Assembly: GCA_965263035.1 (NCBI GenBank)
Contig: OZ253580.1
Span: 672,001 to 736,000, forward strand
DNA length: 64,000 nt
Reading direction: 5' to 3'
From: Acidobacteriota bacterium
GTDB lineage: Bacteria; Acidobacteriota; UBA6911; RPQK01; JAJDTT01
The translations under genes were made by a program, and so were the position numbers. The notes under the pieces are model-generated. The model saw only the letters and a program-made list of their open reading frames with translations. It was not told the DNA's origin and ran no database searches. Positions 56,080 to 64,000 of the stretch are shown here, piece by piece (the stretch's first letter is position 1; every line of letters begins with the position of its first letter).

Positions 56080-56134
56080 TTTCGATCGACCTTCCCGCTG
56101 AAAAGGCTTGACGCGCCGATTCCTGTCTGACGCC

Positions 56135-57052
56135 CTAGCTGTTGTCGGAGGTGGGGGCACTCGTGGCCTGCACCGCGGAAGCGGTGCTGGTCGCCACGGT
56201 GGCATCTGGAGGTATCGAGGTTTCCTGCGCCGCCTGCTCTCGCGCGGCCTTCTCCTGCAGCGCCTTCTCTCGCAGAGTCCTCTCGCGAGCCGCCTTTTCC
56301 CGGGCCGCCTTCTCGCGAGCCGCCTTTTCCCGGGCCGCCTTCTCGCGGGCTTCTGCCAAACGAGCTTCCCGGATCGCCTTTCCGGCCAGGATCGCATCCG
56401 CGATGGTAGAGGTGAACAGCCTCACCGATCGCAACGCGTCGTCGTTTCCCGGGATCACGAAGTCGACGTCGTCGGGATCGCTGTTGGTGTCCACCACGGC
56501 GATCACCGGAATACCCAGCTTGGCGGCTTCCTTGACGGCGATGACCTCCCGGTTCGTGTCCACCACGAAGAGGACATCGGGTAGTCGCTCCATGTCTCTG
56601 ATACCGCGCAGATTCTTGTCCAGCTTCTTGCGTTCCCGCTCCAGCCGGGCCACCTCCTTCTTGGAGAGCTGGTCGTAGAAGCCGTTGACCCGTTTTTCTT
56701 CCAGGTCCTTGTAGCGCTTGATGCTGTTCCGGACGGTCGCGAAATTGGTGAGAAGACCGCCGAGCCAACGGTTGTTGACGTAGTGGGCCTCACATCTGCT
56801 GGCTTCCCGCTCGATGGTGTCCTGAGCCTGTCTCTTGGTGCCGACGAACAGCACCGAACTTCCTCGGATGCTCCGCTCGACGATGAAATCGATGGCGCGC
56901 TTGAAATACCGGAGCGTGGTTCGCAGATCGACGATGTGAATGCCGTTTCGCTGGCCGAAGATGAACGGTTTCATCTTGGGATTCCAGCGCCTTGTCTGGT
57001 GCCCGAAATGAACACCGGCGTCCAGGAGTTGCTTGATGGGAATGGAACTCAC
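56135..57052 (-). CDS. rpsB: 30S ribosomal protein S2 with a C-terminal (REKAA)n extension
   Basis: AGVHFGH, WNPKM, FVGTK, RWLGG, PGNDD. Confidence 0.97.
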   Translation of the reverse strand: MSSIPIKQLLDAGVHFGHQTRRWNPKMKPFIFGQRNGIHIVDLRTTLRYFKRAIDFIVERSIRGSSVLFVGTKRQAQDTIEREASRCEAHYVNNRWLGGLLTNFATVRNSIKRYKDLEEKRVNGFYDQLSKKEVARLERERKKLDKNLRGIRDMERLPDVLFVVDTNREVIAVKEAAKLGIPVIAVVDTNSDPDDVDFVIPGNDDALRSVRLFTSTIADAILAGKAIREARLAEAREKAAREKAAREKAAREKAARERTLREKALQEKAAREQAAQETSIPPDATVATSTASAVQATSAPTSDNS

Positions 57053-57066
57053 CTATTTCTCCCTGT

Positions 57067-57459
57067 CTACCTCTTGGAAAACTGGAACCGCTTGCGCGCC
57101 CCGGGCTGTCCGTATTTTTTCCGTTCCTTGACCCGCTGATCGCGTCTGAGAAGTCCTGCCTTCTTGAGGGTGCCACGGAGATCGGAATCGAATTGGAGCA
57201 GGGCACGGGCTATTCCCAGCCGGACGGCACCGGCCTGTCCGGAATATCCCCCCCCCTCAACGTTGACGTACACGTCGAACTTGGCGTTGTTCTCTGTCTG
57301 CATCAAAGGTTGCAGAACCACAACCTGTTGTGTCCGGTTGCGGAAGTACTCCTGGTAATCGACGTGGTTGACGACGATCTGCCCTCCCCCGAGCATCAGG
57401 AACACGCGTGCGGTGGCGGACTTCCGTTTACCGGTGCCGTAGTATTGAACCTCGTTCAA
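57067..57459 (-). CDS. rpsI: 30S ribosomal protein S9
   Basis: [22 protein letters not shown]...QFSKR. Confidence 0.98.
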   Translation of the reverse strand: MNEVQYYGTGKRKSATARVFLMLGGGQIVVNHVDYQEYFRNRTQQVVVLQPLMQTENNAKFDVYVNVEGGGYSGQAGAVRLGIARALLQFDSDLRGTLKKAGLLRRDQRVKERKKYGQPGARKRFQFSKR

Positions 57460-57489
57460 GGAAGATCTCCTGTGGCCGGAGCGGACAGA

Positions 57490-57930
57490 TTACAGGGCCA
57501 GTGGCTCCGGCTTCTGAGCTTGATGCGGATGGTCGGCGCCGGCATAGATTTTGAGTTTCCGGATCATCCTCTTGCCCAACTTGTTCTTCGGCAGCATTCC
57601 TCGAACCGCCAAGCGTATGAGACGATCCGGATACCGGCGCAGCAGATTCTCGGCCGTTATCTCTTTCAGCCCCCCCGGGTAACGGCTGTGGGAATAGTAG
57701 ACCTTCTGAGACCACTTCTTCCCAGTCAGACGCACCTTGTCGGCATTGACGACGATCACGAATGCGCCAGTGTCGAGAAAATCGGTGTAGTGCGGCTTGT
57801 CCTTGCCCATGAGGAGGGTAGCCAGACGAGTCGCCAAGCGACCCAGGACCTGATCACCGGCATCCACGACGAACCACTTCCTGTCGATTTCGTGAAGACT
57901 AGGAAGAATCGTCTTATTCAAATTCCTCAT
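57490..57930 (-). CDS. rplM: 50S ribosomal protein L13
   Basis: [25 protein letters not shown]. Confidence 0.97.
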   Translation of the reverse strand: MRNLNKTILPSLHEIDRKWFVVDAGDQVLGRLATRLATLLMGKDKPHYTDFLDTGAFVIVVNADKVRLTGKKWSQKVYYSHSRYPGGLKEITAENLLRRYPDRLIRLAVRGMLPKNKLGKRMIRKLKIYAGADHPHQAQKPEPLAL

Positions 57931-57959
57931 TTCGCCACACCACGCCCTAAGAGTCTGGC

Positions 57960-57989
57960 AATCTACCGAACGGACACGTTCCTTGTCAA
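57960..57989 (-). promoter_or_regulatory. Candidate sigma70 promoter of the rplM operon
   Basis: TTGACA-18 nt-TAGATT on the minus strand, about 30 nt upstream of rplM. Confidence 0.55.
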
Positions 57990-58058
57990 GGTTGCGCCCT
58001 GTTCTCAGGCGCCGGATGTCGAAAATTTTCGGGACTCGCCTACGCTTGGTGGGAACCT

Positions 58059-58082
58059 GTAGGGGCGCCCCTTGCGGGCGCC
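58059..58082 (+). repeat. Intact GTAG-type REP palindrome
   Basis: GTAG followed by the imperfect palindrome GGGCGCCC-CTTGC-GGGCGCC. Confidence 0.75.
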
Positions 58083-58095
58083 AGCTTTCGTCTTC

Positions 58096-58170
58096 GGAGG
58101 AGGGGCGACCGTTACTCGCCCTCTCTCCCATGCCCCATCCGGAGTTCGGCGGTTAGAAACCGCCGTTCCC
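58096..58170. repeat. REP/BIME-like pair of short palindromes
   Basis: GAGGGGCGAC..TCGCCCTC plus TCCGGAGTTCGGCGGTTAGAAACCGCCGTTCCC; matches 19168-19261. Confidence 0.6.
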
Positions 58171-58276
58171 ATACTTTTTCTTCCGGGATTCTGCCGGGCG
58201 CCGCCCGCTGCTCGAGCTTCTCACCCTTCATCTTCCATTCACGTTCCAGGCGGTTCGAACGTTGAGGACATTGAAG

Positions 58277-58795
58277 ATGAAGGGGATCAACATCCATTCG
58301 TCGATACTGGCGGCGCCGAGACGCGACTTGGTGCTCCTCGCGGCCGCATGCGCCATCCTCGCAGGAACCGCAGTCTGGCGGCAGTCGTTAGGCTCCTGGA
58401 CAGACTCGGGCCGAGCCAGGCTCGCCACGTTCGCTGACCGGAGTGGGAGACTGGAAGCGGTTTTGCAGAGGGTCCGGCGCTGGGAAGAGGCAGTCGCAGT
58501 CCTGGTCCTGTGCCACGACCGCGTCCGCGAACTCGAAGCCCGTCAGAATGCTCCACTTCTGTTGTGGAACCGGCTTATGGACCGGTTCCCGTCCCGGCAG
58601 GAAGTGTCCCTGCACCGTCTGGATTGGGAGAACGAATCCCTGACCCTTGAGGGAACCGCCGCTTCCCCCTCCGCCGCGGGGACTCTGCTGCACCGTTTGG
58701 GTCCAGACGCAGGTTTTTCCCAAGTAGAACTGCGCGCCCTGGAACAAGTCGGGAACACCCTCCGATTCACCGTCACTGCCCGTACCGGGCATTGA
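58277..58795 (+). CDS. PilN-like fimbrial assembly protein
   Basis: Single TM, coiled coil, LTLEGTA...FSQVEL...FTVT; upstream of pilO/P/Q-like genes. Confidence 0.65.
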   Translation: MKGINIHSSILAAPRRDLVLLAAACAILAGTAVWRQSLGSWTDSGRARLATFADRSGRLEAVLQRVRRWEEAVAVLVLCHDRVRELEARQNAPLLLWNRLMDRFPSRQEVSLHRLDWENESLTLEGTAASPSAAGTLLHRLGPDAGFSQVELRALEQVGNTLRFTVTARTGH

Positions 58796-58804
58796 CCTGG
58801 AAAC

Positions 58805-59413
58805 GTGAGTATGGAGAGACTCCGTCGAACAGTTCGCGAAAAACCTGCCCTCTCCCTGGCCATCATGGGGATTCTCCTGGCAGGTTCCATCTATGCCTCG
58901 ACCATCCGTCCGCTTCAGTTCCAACTCGAGGGACTGGAGAAGGAGTTTCTGAGAGCGCAGTCCCAACAGAAACAGATCGCCTCGGCCGAGGCTCGCCTCT
59001 CACGGGTCAAGGAAGAATTTGCCGAACACCGCACGCGTCTCCTGGATGAGGGAGGACTGCCGGAAGAGGAGACTTCTCGTTCCGAGGCGATCAGTCACAT
59101 CGTTCAACTGGCTCTCCAGCATGACCTGCGTCCCACACGAGTCTCTCCTTCGACCCCCGTCGTGGAGAAGGTCCTGACCCATTGGCCAATGGACCTGGTA
59201 GTGGAAGGAGGGTTTCACGGCCTGGGCCGATTCTTTCAGGATCTTGCAGGACTGGATGAGATTGTCAATATCCGAAAACTGTCCATCAACAGCCGCCGCG
59301 ACCCGTCCCGTCAGGGGATAACCCTGGACGCTTCCATCTCCCTGAGCCTTTTCCGGATCAACCTTGAAGAATTCGACCCGGGCCGGGAGCCGGAACTGGA
59401 GGAGACCCCATGA
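58805..59413 (+). CDS. pilO: PilO-like type IV pilus assembly protein
   Basis: TM + coiled coil, LPEEE, GGFHGLGRFFQDLAGLDEIVNI. Confidence 0.8.
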   Translation: MSMERLRRTVREKPALSLAIMGILLAGSIYASTIRPLQFQLEGLEKEFLRAQSQQKQIASAEARLSRVKEEFAEHRTRLLDEGGLPEEETSRSEAISHIVQLALQHDLRPTRVSPSTPVVEKVLTHWPMDLVVEGGFHGLGRFFQDLAGLDEIVNIRKLSINSRRDPSRQGITLDASISLSLFRINLEEFDPGREPELEETP

Positions 59414-59802
59414 TCCTGGTCCCGTTTCTCCAACTCGGCTTACTCCTCGGCATGGCAGTCTCCAGCCCGGAAGGCCCGGCCGCCTACACGCCTCAAGGGA
59501 AAAGAGACCCGTTCGCGCCTCGAAGCCCGGAGCGACAAGACACGGTGGAGACGCCGTTGACGGCGCCGTTGCGGCAACTGGAAATTTCGGAATTGGTCAT
59601 TGTGGGGACGGCCGTCGGGAAAATCGGCGGTTTCGCGCTGGTCCAAGGACCTGAACGCTTGACCCACTTGGCTCCCGTGAAGGCTCGATTCGCCGACGGA
59701 CGCTTGGTGCGGATTGCGGGAGACTGGGTGATTTTCCGGGTCGACGGGATTGACATGGGTCGGACCTGGGTCACGAAGCGAATTCGATCCGTCGGGAAGT
59801 GA
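59410..59802 (+). CDS. PilP-like protein
   Basis: YTPQGKRDPFAP motif and position in the operon. Confidence 0.7.
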   Translation: MILVPFLQLGLLLGMAVSSPEGPAAYTPQGKRDPFAPRSPERQDTVETPLTAPLRQLEISELVIVGTAVGKIGGFALVQGPERLTHLAPVKARFADGRLVRIAGDWVIFRVDGIDMGRTWVTKRIRSVGK

Positions 59803-61079
59803 GTAAGAGCATGCCAATCGGTCCGCGGCTCCTTCGCAGTTGGGGTCCTCTCTTCTGGATCTTGGTCGCAGCCACTCCCACGAAAGGTGCACGACCCGAA
59901 GTCTCAGAGGTCCCCGCCCCACTCCGGCAAACGGTTTCCATGAGTCTGGTCGACGCCTCGCTGGTGGATTTCTTTCGCACCGTCGCGGAGTTGAGCAACC
60001 TCAATCTGGTGATCGACTCCGACGTGTCGGGAAGCGTGACACTACGCGTGGAGCGAATAGCCTTGGACCAGGTGGTGGAGATGGTCCTCAAGAGCCATTC
60101 GCTGGAACAGACGGCACAGGACAACCTGATTCGTATTTCTCGTCAAGAAACTCTCCGGGCAGAGCAGGAACGGGATCGGAAGATTCTGGAACAGGAACGT
60201 GAGAGTCAGGAACCGACTATCGTGGCCCGGTCCCTGAACTACGCCTCCGCCGACGAGGTGGCCAAGAGCCTGAAGAACCAACTGGGGGAGAAGGGCCACT
60301 TGGACGTGGACACCAGGACCAACACGCTGCTGATGACCGACATCCCGTCTCGAGTCGCGGCGATGAATCGTCTTCTCGACCACTTGGACGTTGCGGAGCG
60401 CCAAGTCGAGATCGAGGCCAGAATCATCGAGGCCACCACCACCTTCGCCCGGAACCTGGGTCTCCAGCTTAATCTGCTGATCGGCGAAACCGGCCAACGA
60501 GCAGGGGGTTCCGTGCGCATGAGCACCCCGCTAGGGCTGGGATTGGGTTCTCCCGGTTTCGCGGCCGCGCCAGTACTGGACACGGTGCGCTTGGATGCTC
60601 TGCTCACAGCTGCCGAATCGGACGGGGAAGTTCGAATCATTTCCAAGCCCCGGGTCACCGCCCTGAACAACGTCGAGGCCATCATCACCCAGGGAGCCCG
60701 AATTCCGATTCCAGTCGAGCACGACTTCACGACCACGGTCCGCTTCGAGACCGCCGCCCTGCGCCTTCTGGTCACGCCACAGATCACACGCGAGAAGACG
60801 GTTCTGCTGAAGATCAAGGTGGAAAACAACGTCCCCGATTTCAGCCGGACTGTTCAAGGCATTCCCACCATCCTCACGAGCGAATCCCAGACCGTGGTTC
60901 TGATCTCGCATGAAGGTACGGCTGTGATCGGAGGGATCCTTCTGGACATCGAGAGGACGCTGGGGCAAAGAGTTCCGGGCTTGGCCCGAATTCCGGTCCT
61001 GGGCCGGCTCTTTCGGAGGGACTCCCGAAGCCGGGAAACCCGGGAAATAATCTTCTTCATCACACCCCGAATCAAGTAG
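59799..61079 (+). CDS. pilQ: PilQ-like secretin
   Basis: NLVIDSDVSGSVTL, LNYA, DTRTNTL, QVEIEARIIE, PRVTALNN, VPGLARIPVLGRLF, FITPRI. Confidence 0.85.
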   Translation: MSKSMPIGPRLLRSWGPLFWILVAATPTKGARPEVSEVPAPLRQTVSMSLVDASLVDFFRTVAELSNLNLVIDSDVSGSVTLRVERIALDQVVEMVLKSHSLEQTAQDNLIRISRQETLRAEQERDRKILEQERESQEPTIVARSLNYASADEVAKSLKNQLGEKGHLDVDTRTNTLLMTDIPSRVAAMNRLLDHLDVAERQVEIEARIIEATTTFARNLGLQLNLLIGETGQRAGGSVRMSTPLGLGLGSPGFAAAPVLDTVRLDALLTAAESDGEVRIISKPRVTALNNVEAIITQGARIPIPVEHDFTTTVRFETAALRLLVTPQITREKTVLLKIKVENNVPDFSRTVQGIPTILTSESQTVVLISHEGTAVIGGILLDIERTLGQRVPGLARIPVLGRLFRRDSRSRETREIIFFITPRIK

Positions 61080-61088
61080 AGTCCGAGG

Positions 61089-62159
61089 ATGCACGACTTT
61101 CGGGGTCGTTACGGCCGCTTTCTGACCCGGTTGGAGGACCATGGTCTGGACGGATTTCTGGTCCGGCATGGACCCAATCTGACCTACCTCTTCAACTTCA
61201 CCGGCTCGGCGGGGTTTGCCTGCTGCCTGGGACACGAAACCATTCTCCTGGTGGACTCCCGCTATCTGGAACAAGCTCGGGCCACGGCCGTGAACTGTAC
61301 GCCTCAACTGATTCGGGGTTCATTCGAACAGGCCCTGGAAGAGCTGTTGAACGACCGTTTTCCCGGCGGGAGCACTCGGAAACGACTGGGGCTGGAGGCG
61401 ACTCGCGTCAGCTGCGATCTCTGGCTGCGAATCCAGACCTGGTCAGCAGCCGTTGAGTGGGTACCGGAACACGACCTGATCGAAACCCTGCGAATCATCA
61501 AGGAACCCAGCGAAATTGCGGCGCTGACCCGTGCCTTCGAGCTGGCGCAGAGTGCATTTGCCGGCTTTCTCGACCAGATCTCCCCCGGTATGGCTGAGGT
61601 CCGGATGGCAGGCATTCTGGAAATGGAGATGCGAAAGGTCGGAGGCGAGGGCGCCGCCTTCGACACCATCGTGGCCAGCGGCCCCCGATCGTCCCTGCCT
61701 CACGGCGTGGCTACCGGCCGGATCTGGGGAGAGAAGGAGATCCTCTTGATCGACTTCGGGATCCGCTCTGGAGGGTATTTGAGCGATCTCACGCGCGTCC
61801 ACCTTCCTCGCGGAGTCAGGAAGCCGGAGATCTTCGACATTGTCTCGGAAGCGCAGCATGCGGCTCTGGATTCCATCCGCCCCGGCGTCGTTTCCTCCGA
61901 CGTGGATCGGGCGGCTCGCCGTGTCATCGAACAAGCGGGACATGGTGATCACTTTCAACACGGTGCCGGACACGGACTGGGTCTGGAAGTCCACGAACTT
62001 CCCCGAATCTCCCCGAGTCGGCCCCAACCCCTCGAGCCCGGAATGGTTTTCACCGTGGAACCGGGGATCTATCTTCCGGAACGGATGGGCGTCCGGATCG
62101 AGGATGTGGTTGTCGTGACCGGAACCGGGTACCGGCTGCTGTCCGATCCGGGCCGGTGA
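61089..62159 (+). CDS. Xaa-Pro peptidase (M24 family)
   Basis: FDTIVASG, LPHG, DFG..YLSDLTR, HGLGLEVHE, TVEPGIY, GVRIED. Confidence 0.93.
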   Translation: MHDFRGRYGRFLTRLEDHGLDGFLVRHGPNLTYLFNFTGSAGFACCLGHETILLVDSRYLEQARATAVNCTPQLIRGSFEQALEELLNDRFPGGSTRKRLGLEATRVSCDLWLRIQTWSAAVEWVPEHDLIETLRIIKEPSEIAALTRAFELAQSAFAGFLDQISPGMAEVRMAGILEMEMRKVGGEGAAFDTIVASGPRSSLPHGVATGRIWGEKEILLIDFGIRSGGYLSDLTRVHLPRGVRKPEIFDIVSEAQHAALDSIRPGVVSSDVDRAARRVIEQAGHGDHFQHGAGHGLGLEVHELPRISPSRPQPLEPGMVFTVEPGIYLPERMGVRIEDVVVVTGTGYRLLSDPGR

Positions 62160-62316
62160 AGAGTGAGGAAGGGGGAGTCCTCCTGCCGAAAGAGGTGCGA
62201 TAGCGACTGCCAAGGGTCGTTGATCGGCTGACACAATGGACTGTTCCGACTTGTTCCCGTGGGGCCGTGGAGACTAAACTTACATCGCGCGGGGAGAAGC
62301 CGGTGCAGGAAGTACG

Positions 62317-62754
62317 ATGAACACCAGGGAGATCCGATCTTTACTGAAACTCATCGACGAGTTCGAGGTGGTGGAGTTCGAGTTGGAACGGGACGGAGTC
62401 CGACTCCGGATCCATCGCGGCGGTGTCGCCTCGCCGCCCGAACCCGGAACTCCGACGGTACAGGAGGTCCCTGCCGTAGAAACGGCCCCGGTCGAGCCCA
62501 CACCCGCCCCCGAGAACCTTCACGTCTTCACCGCGCCCATGGTGGGGACCTATTACTCTTCGCCCAAACCCGATGCAGACACCTTCGTCCAAGTCGGATC
62601 CACCATCCGTGAAGGGGACACTCTCTGCATCATCGAGGCCATGAAGATCTTCAACCAGATCGAGAGCGACGTGGATGGCCAGATCGTTCGCATCCTGGTT
62701 GAAAACGGCCAGCCCGTCGAATACGGCGAGCCCCTGTTCGAGATCCGCACCTAG
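62317..62754 (+). CDS. accB: Biotin carboxyl carrier protein
   Basis: APMVGTYY; IIEAMKIFN biotinylation motif. Confidence 0.96.
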   Translation: MNTREIRSLLKLIDEFEVVEFELERDGVRLRIHRGGVASPPEPGTPTVQEVPAVETAPVEPTPAPENLHVFTAPMVGTYYSSPKPDADTFVQVGSTIREGDTLCIIEAMKIFNQIESDVDGQIVRILVENGQPVEYGEPLFEIRT

Positions 62755-62759
62755 CAATC

Positions 62760-64000
62760 ATGTTCAGAAAGGTCCTCATCGCCAACCGGGGTGAGATAGC
62801 GCTACGTGTCGTCGCCGCCTGCAAGGAATTGGGCATTCGCACGGTCGCAGTCTACTCAGAGGCCGATCGGGACCTGCTCCACGTCCGCTTCTCCGACGAA
62901 GCCGTCTGCATCGGCCCGGCCCGAAGCTACGACAGCTATCTGAACATCCCCAGCATCATCAGCGCGGCCGAGATCACCAACGTCGACGCCATCCACCCAG
63001 GTTACGGCTACCTGGCCGAGAATTCCCACTTCGCGGAGGTCTGCGACAACTGTGGCATCCGGTTCATCGGCCCCTCCGCGTCCGCCATCAGTCTCATGGG
63101 AGACAAGTCCCGGGCACGGGAGACGATTCAGGCCCTGGGAATTCCCACCATTCCCGGAACCGGAGTCATCGAACGGGAGAGCCCGGATCCCTCGGCGTTG
63201 GCACGGCAGGTCGGCTTCCCCCTCATGATCAAGGCGGTTGCCGGAGGCGGCGGGAAAGGGATGCGCATCATTCGCCAGGAACAAGGTTTTCTTGACTCTC
63301 TGGCGTTGGTCCAGTCCGAGGCGGAAAGCGCATTCGGCAACTCTCAAGTCTATCTGGAGCGGTATCTTGATAACCCGCGCCATATCGAGTTCCAGATCCT
63401 GGCCGACGAACAGGGGAACATCGTCCACCTGGGCGAGCGTGACTGCTCAATTCAGCGGCGCCATCAGAAACTGGTGGAGGAGTCCCCCAGCCCGTTTCTC
63501 AGCCCCGACAGGCGAATGGAGTTGGGAAACCAGGTGGTTCACGCCATGAAAGAAATCGGCTATCAGAACGCTGGGACCGTGGAATTCCTGTTCGACCAGC
63601 AGGGGAACCACTACTTCATCGAGATGAACACGAGGATTCAGGTCGAGCATCCGGTGACCGAAATGATCACGGGAATCGACATCGTGAAGCAGCAGATCCT
63701 GATCGCGGCAGGCCATCCCCTGGACTTTTCCCAGGAGGACGTCGTCTTCAGAGGAAGCAGCATCGAATGCCGGCTCAACGCCGAATCTTCCGAGACCTTC
63801 ACTCCTTCCCCGGGTCGAATCCATGCCTACCATGCCCCGGGGGGACCGGGGATCCGGGTCGATTCCGCAGCCTATACGGATTGCGTCATTTCACCCCACT
63901 ATGACTCCCTCATCGCCAAACTCATCGCCCACGGCAACGACCGGGAGGAGGCCATCTCTCGGCTGAACCGGGCCTTGGACACTTTCATCGTGGAAGGGAT
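62760..64000 (+). CDS. accC: Biotin carboxylase, 3'-truncated by the window edge
   Basis: [53 protein letters not shown]; absent from the ORF track because it has no stop in the window. Confidence 0.96.
   Translation, partial: MFRKVLIANRGEIALRVVAACKELGIRTVAVYSEADRDLLHVRFSDEAVCIGPARSYDSYLNIPSIISAAEITNVDAIHPGYGYLAENSHFAEVCDNCGIRFIGPSASAISLMGDKSRARETIQALGIPTIPGTGVIERESPDPSALARQVGFPLMIKAVAGGGGKGMRIIRQEQGFLDSLALVQSEAESAFGNSQVYLERYLDNPRHIEFQILADEQGNIVHLGERDCSIQRRHQKLVEESPSPFLSPDRRMELGNQVVHAMKEIGYQNAGTVEFLFDQQGNHYFIEMNTRIQVEHPVTEMITGIDIVKQQILIAAGHPLDFSQEDVVFRGSSIECRLNAESSETFTPSPGRIHAYHAPGGPGIRVDSAAYTDCVISPHYDSLIAKLIAHGNDREEAISRLNRALDTFIVEG

Noticed and set aside
56080-56397. Arg-rich N-terminal extension of EF-Ts ([10 protein letters not shown] repeats)
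   Set aside because: An alternative-frame reading of the rpsB REKAA repeat; tsf starts at 56079.

Overview
GC-rich bacterial window; the gene order rplM-rpsI-rpsB-tsf-pyrH-frr and the accessory content suggest Acidobacteriota (inference). 1-8.6 kb is the 3' half of a BREX type 1-like defence island: a PHP + coiled-coil ATPase, a Schlafen/AlbA_2-HATPase protein, a decayed second gene of that family, pglZ and brxL. Just after the island sits a 643-nt group II intron with no reverse-transcriptase ORF (minus strand, 8748-9390). It is inserted in a GTAG-type REP palindrome, its candidate EBS1/EBS2/EBS3 are complementary to the REP, and an unoccupied matching REP lies at 58058-58082. This REP-targeting, non-autonomous ribozyme is the most striking element. 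The rest comprises an RND efflux operon, a catabolic cluster (CehA/McbA hydrolases, TauE, M81, two DapA-family enzymes, HpcH aldolase, cupin, SDR), Sel1 and SprT proteins, TPP riboswitch + thiC, an M28 peptidase and tpx. It continues with a his operon headed by a TrpR-like regulator with a perfect palindromic operator, a 2-oxoacid:ferredoxin oxidoreductase (alpha subunit frameshifted), trmJ-like, a radical SAM enzyme, carAB, lepB, a pyruvoyl arginine decarboxylase, translation genes, pilNOPQ-like genes, an M24 peptidase and accBC. Two ~160-bp MITE-like repeat families are dispersed through the window. All calls come from reading the sequence; no searches were run.
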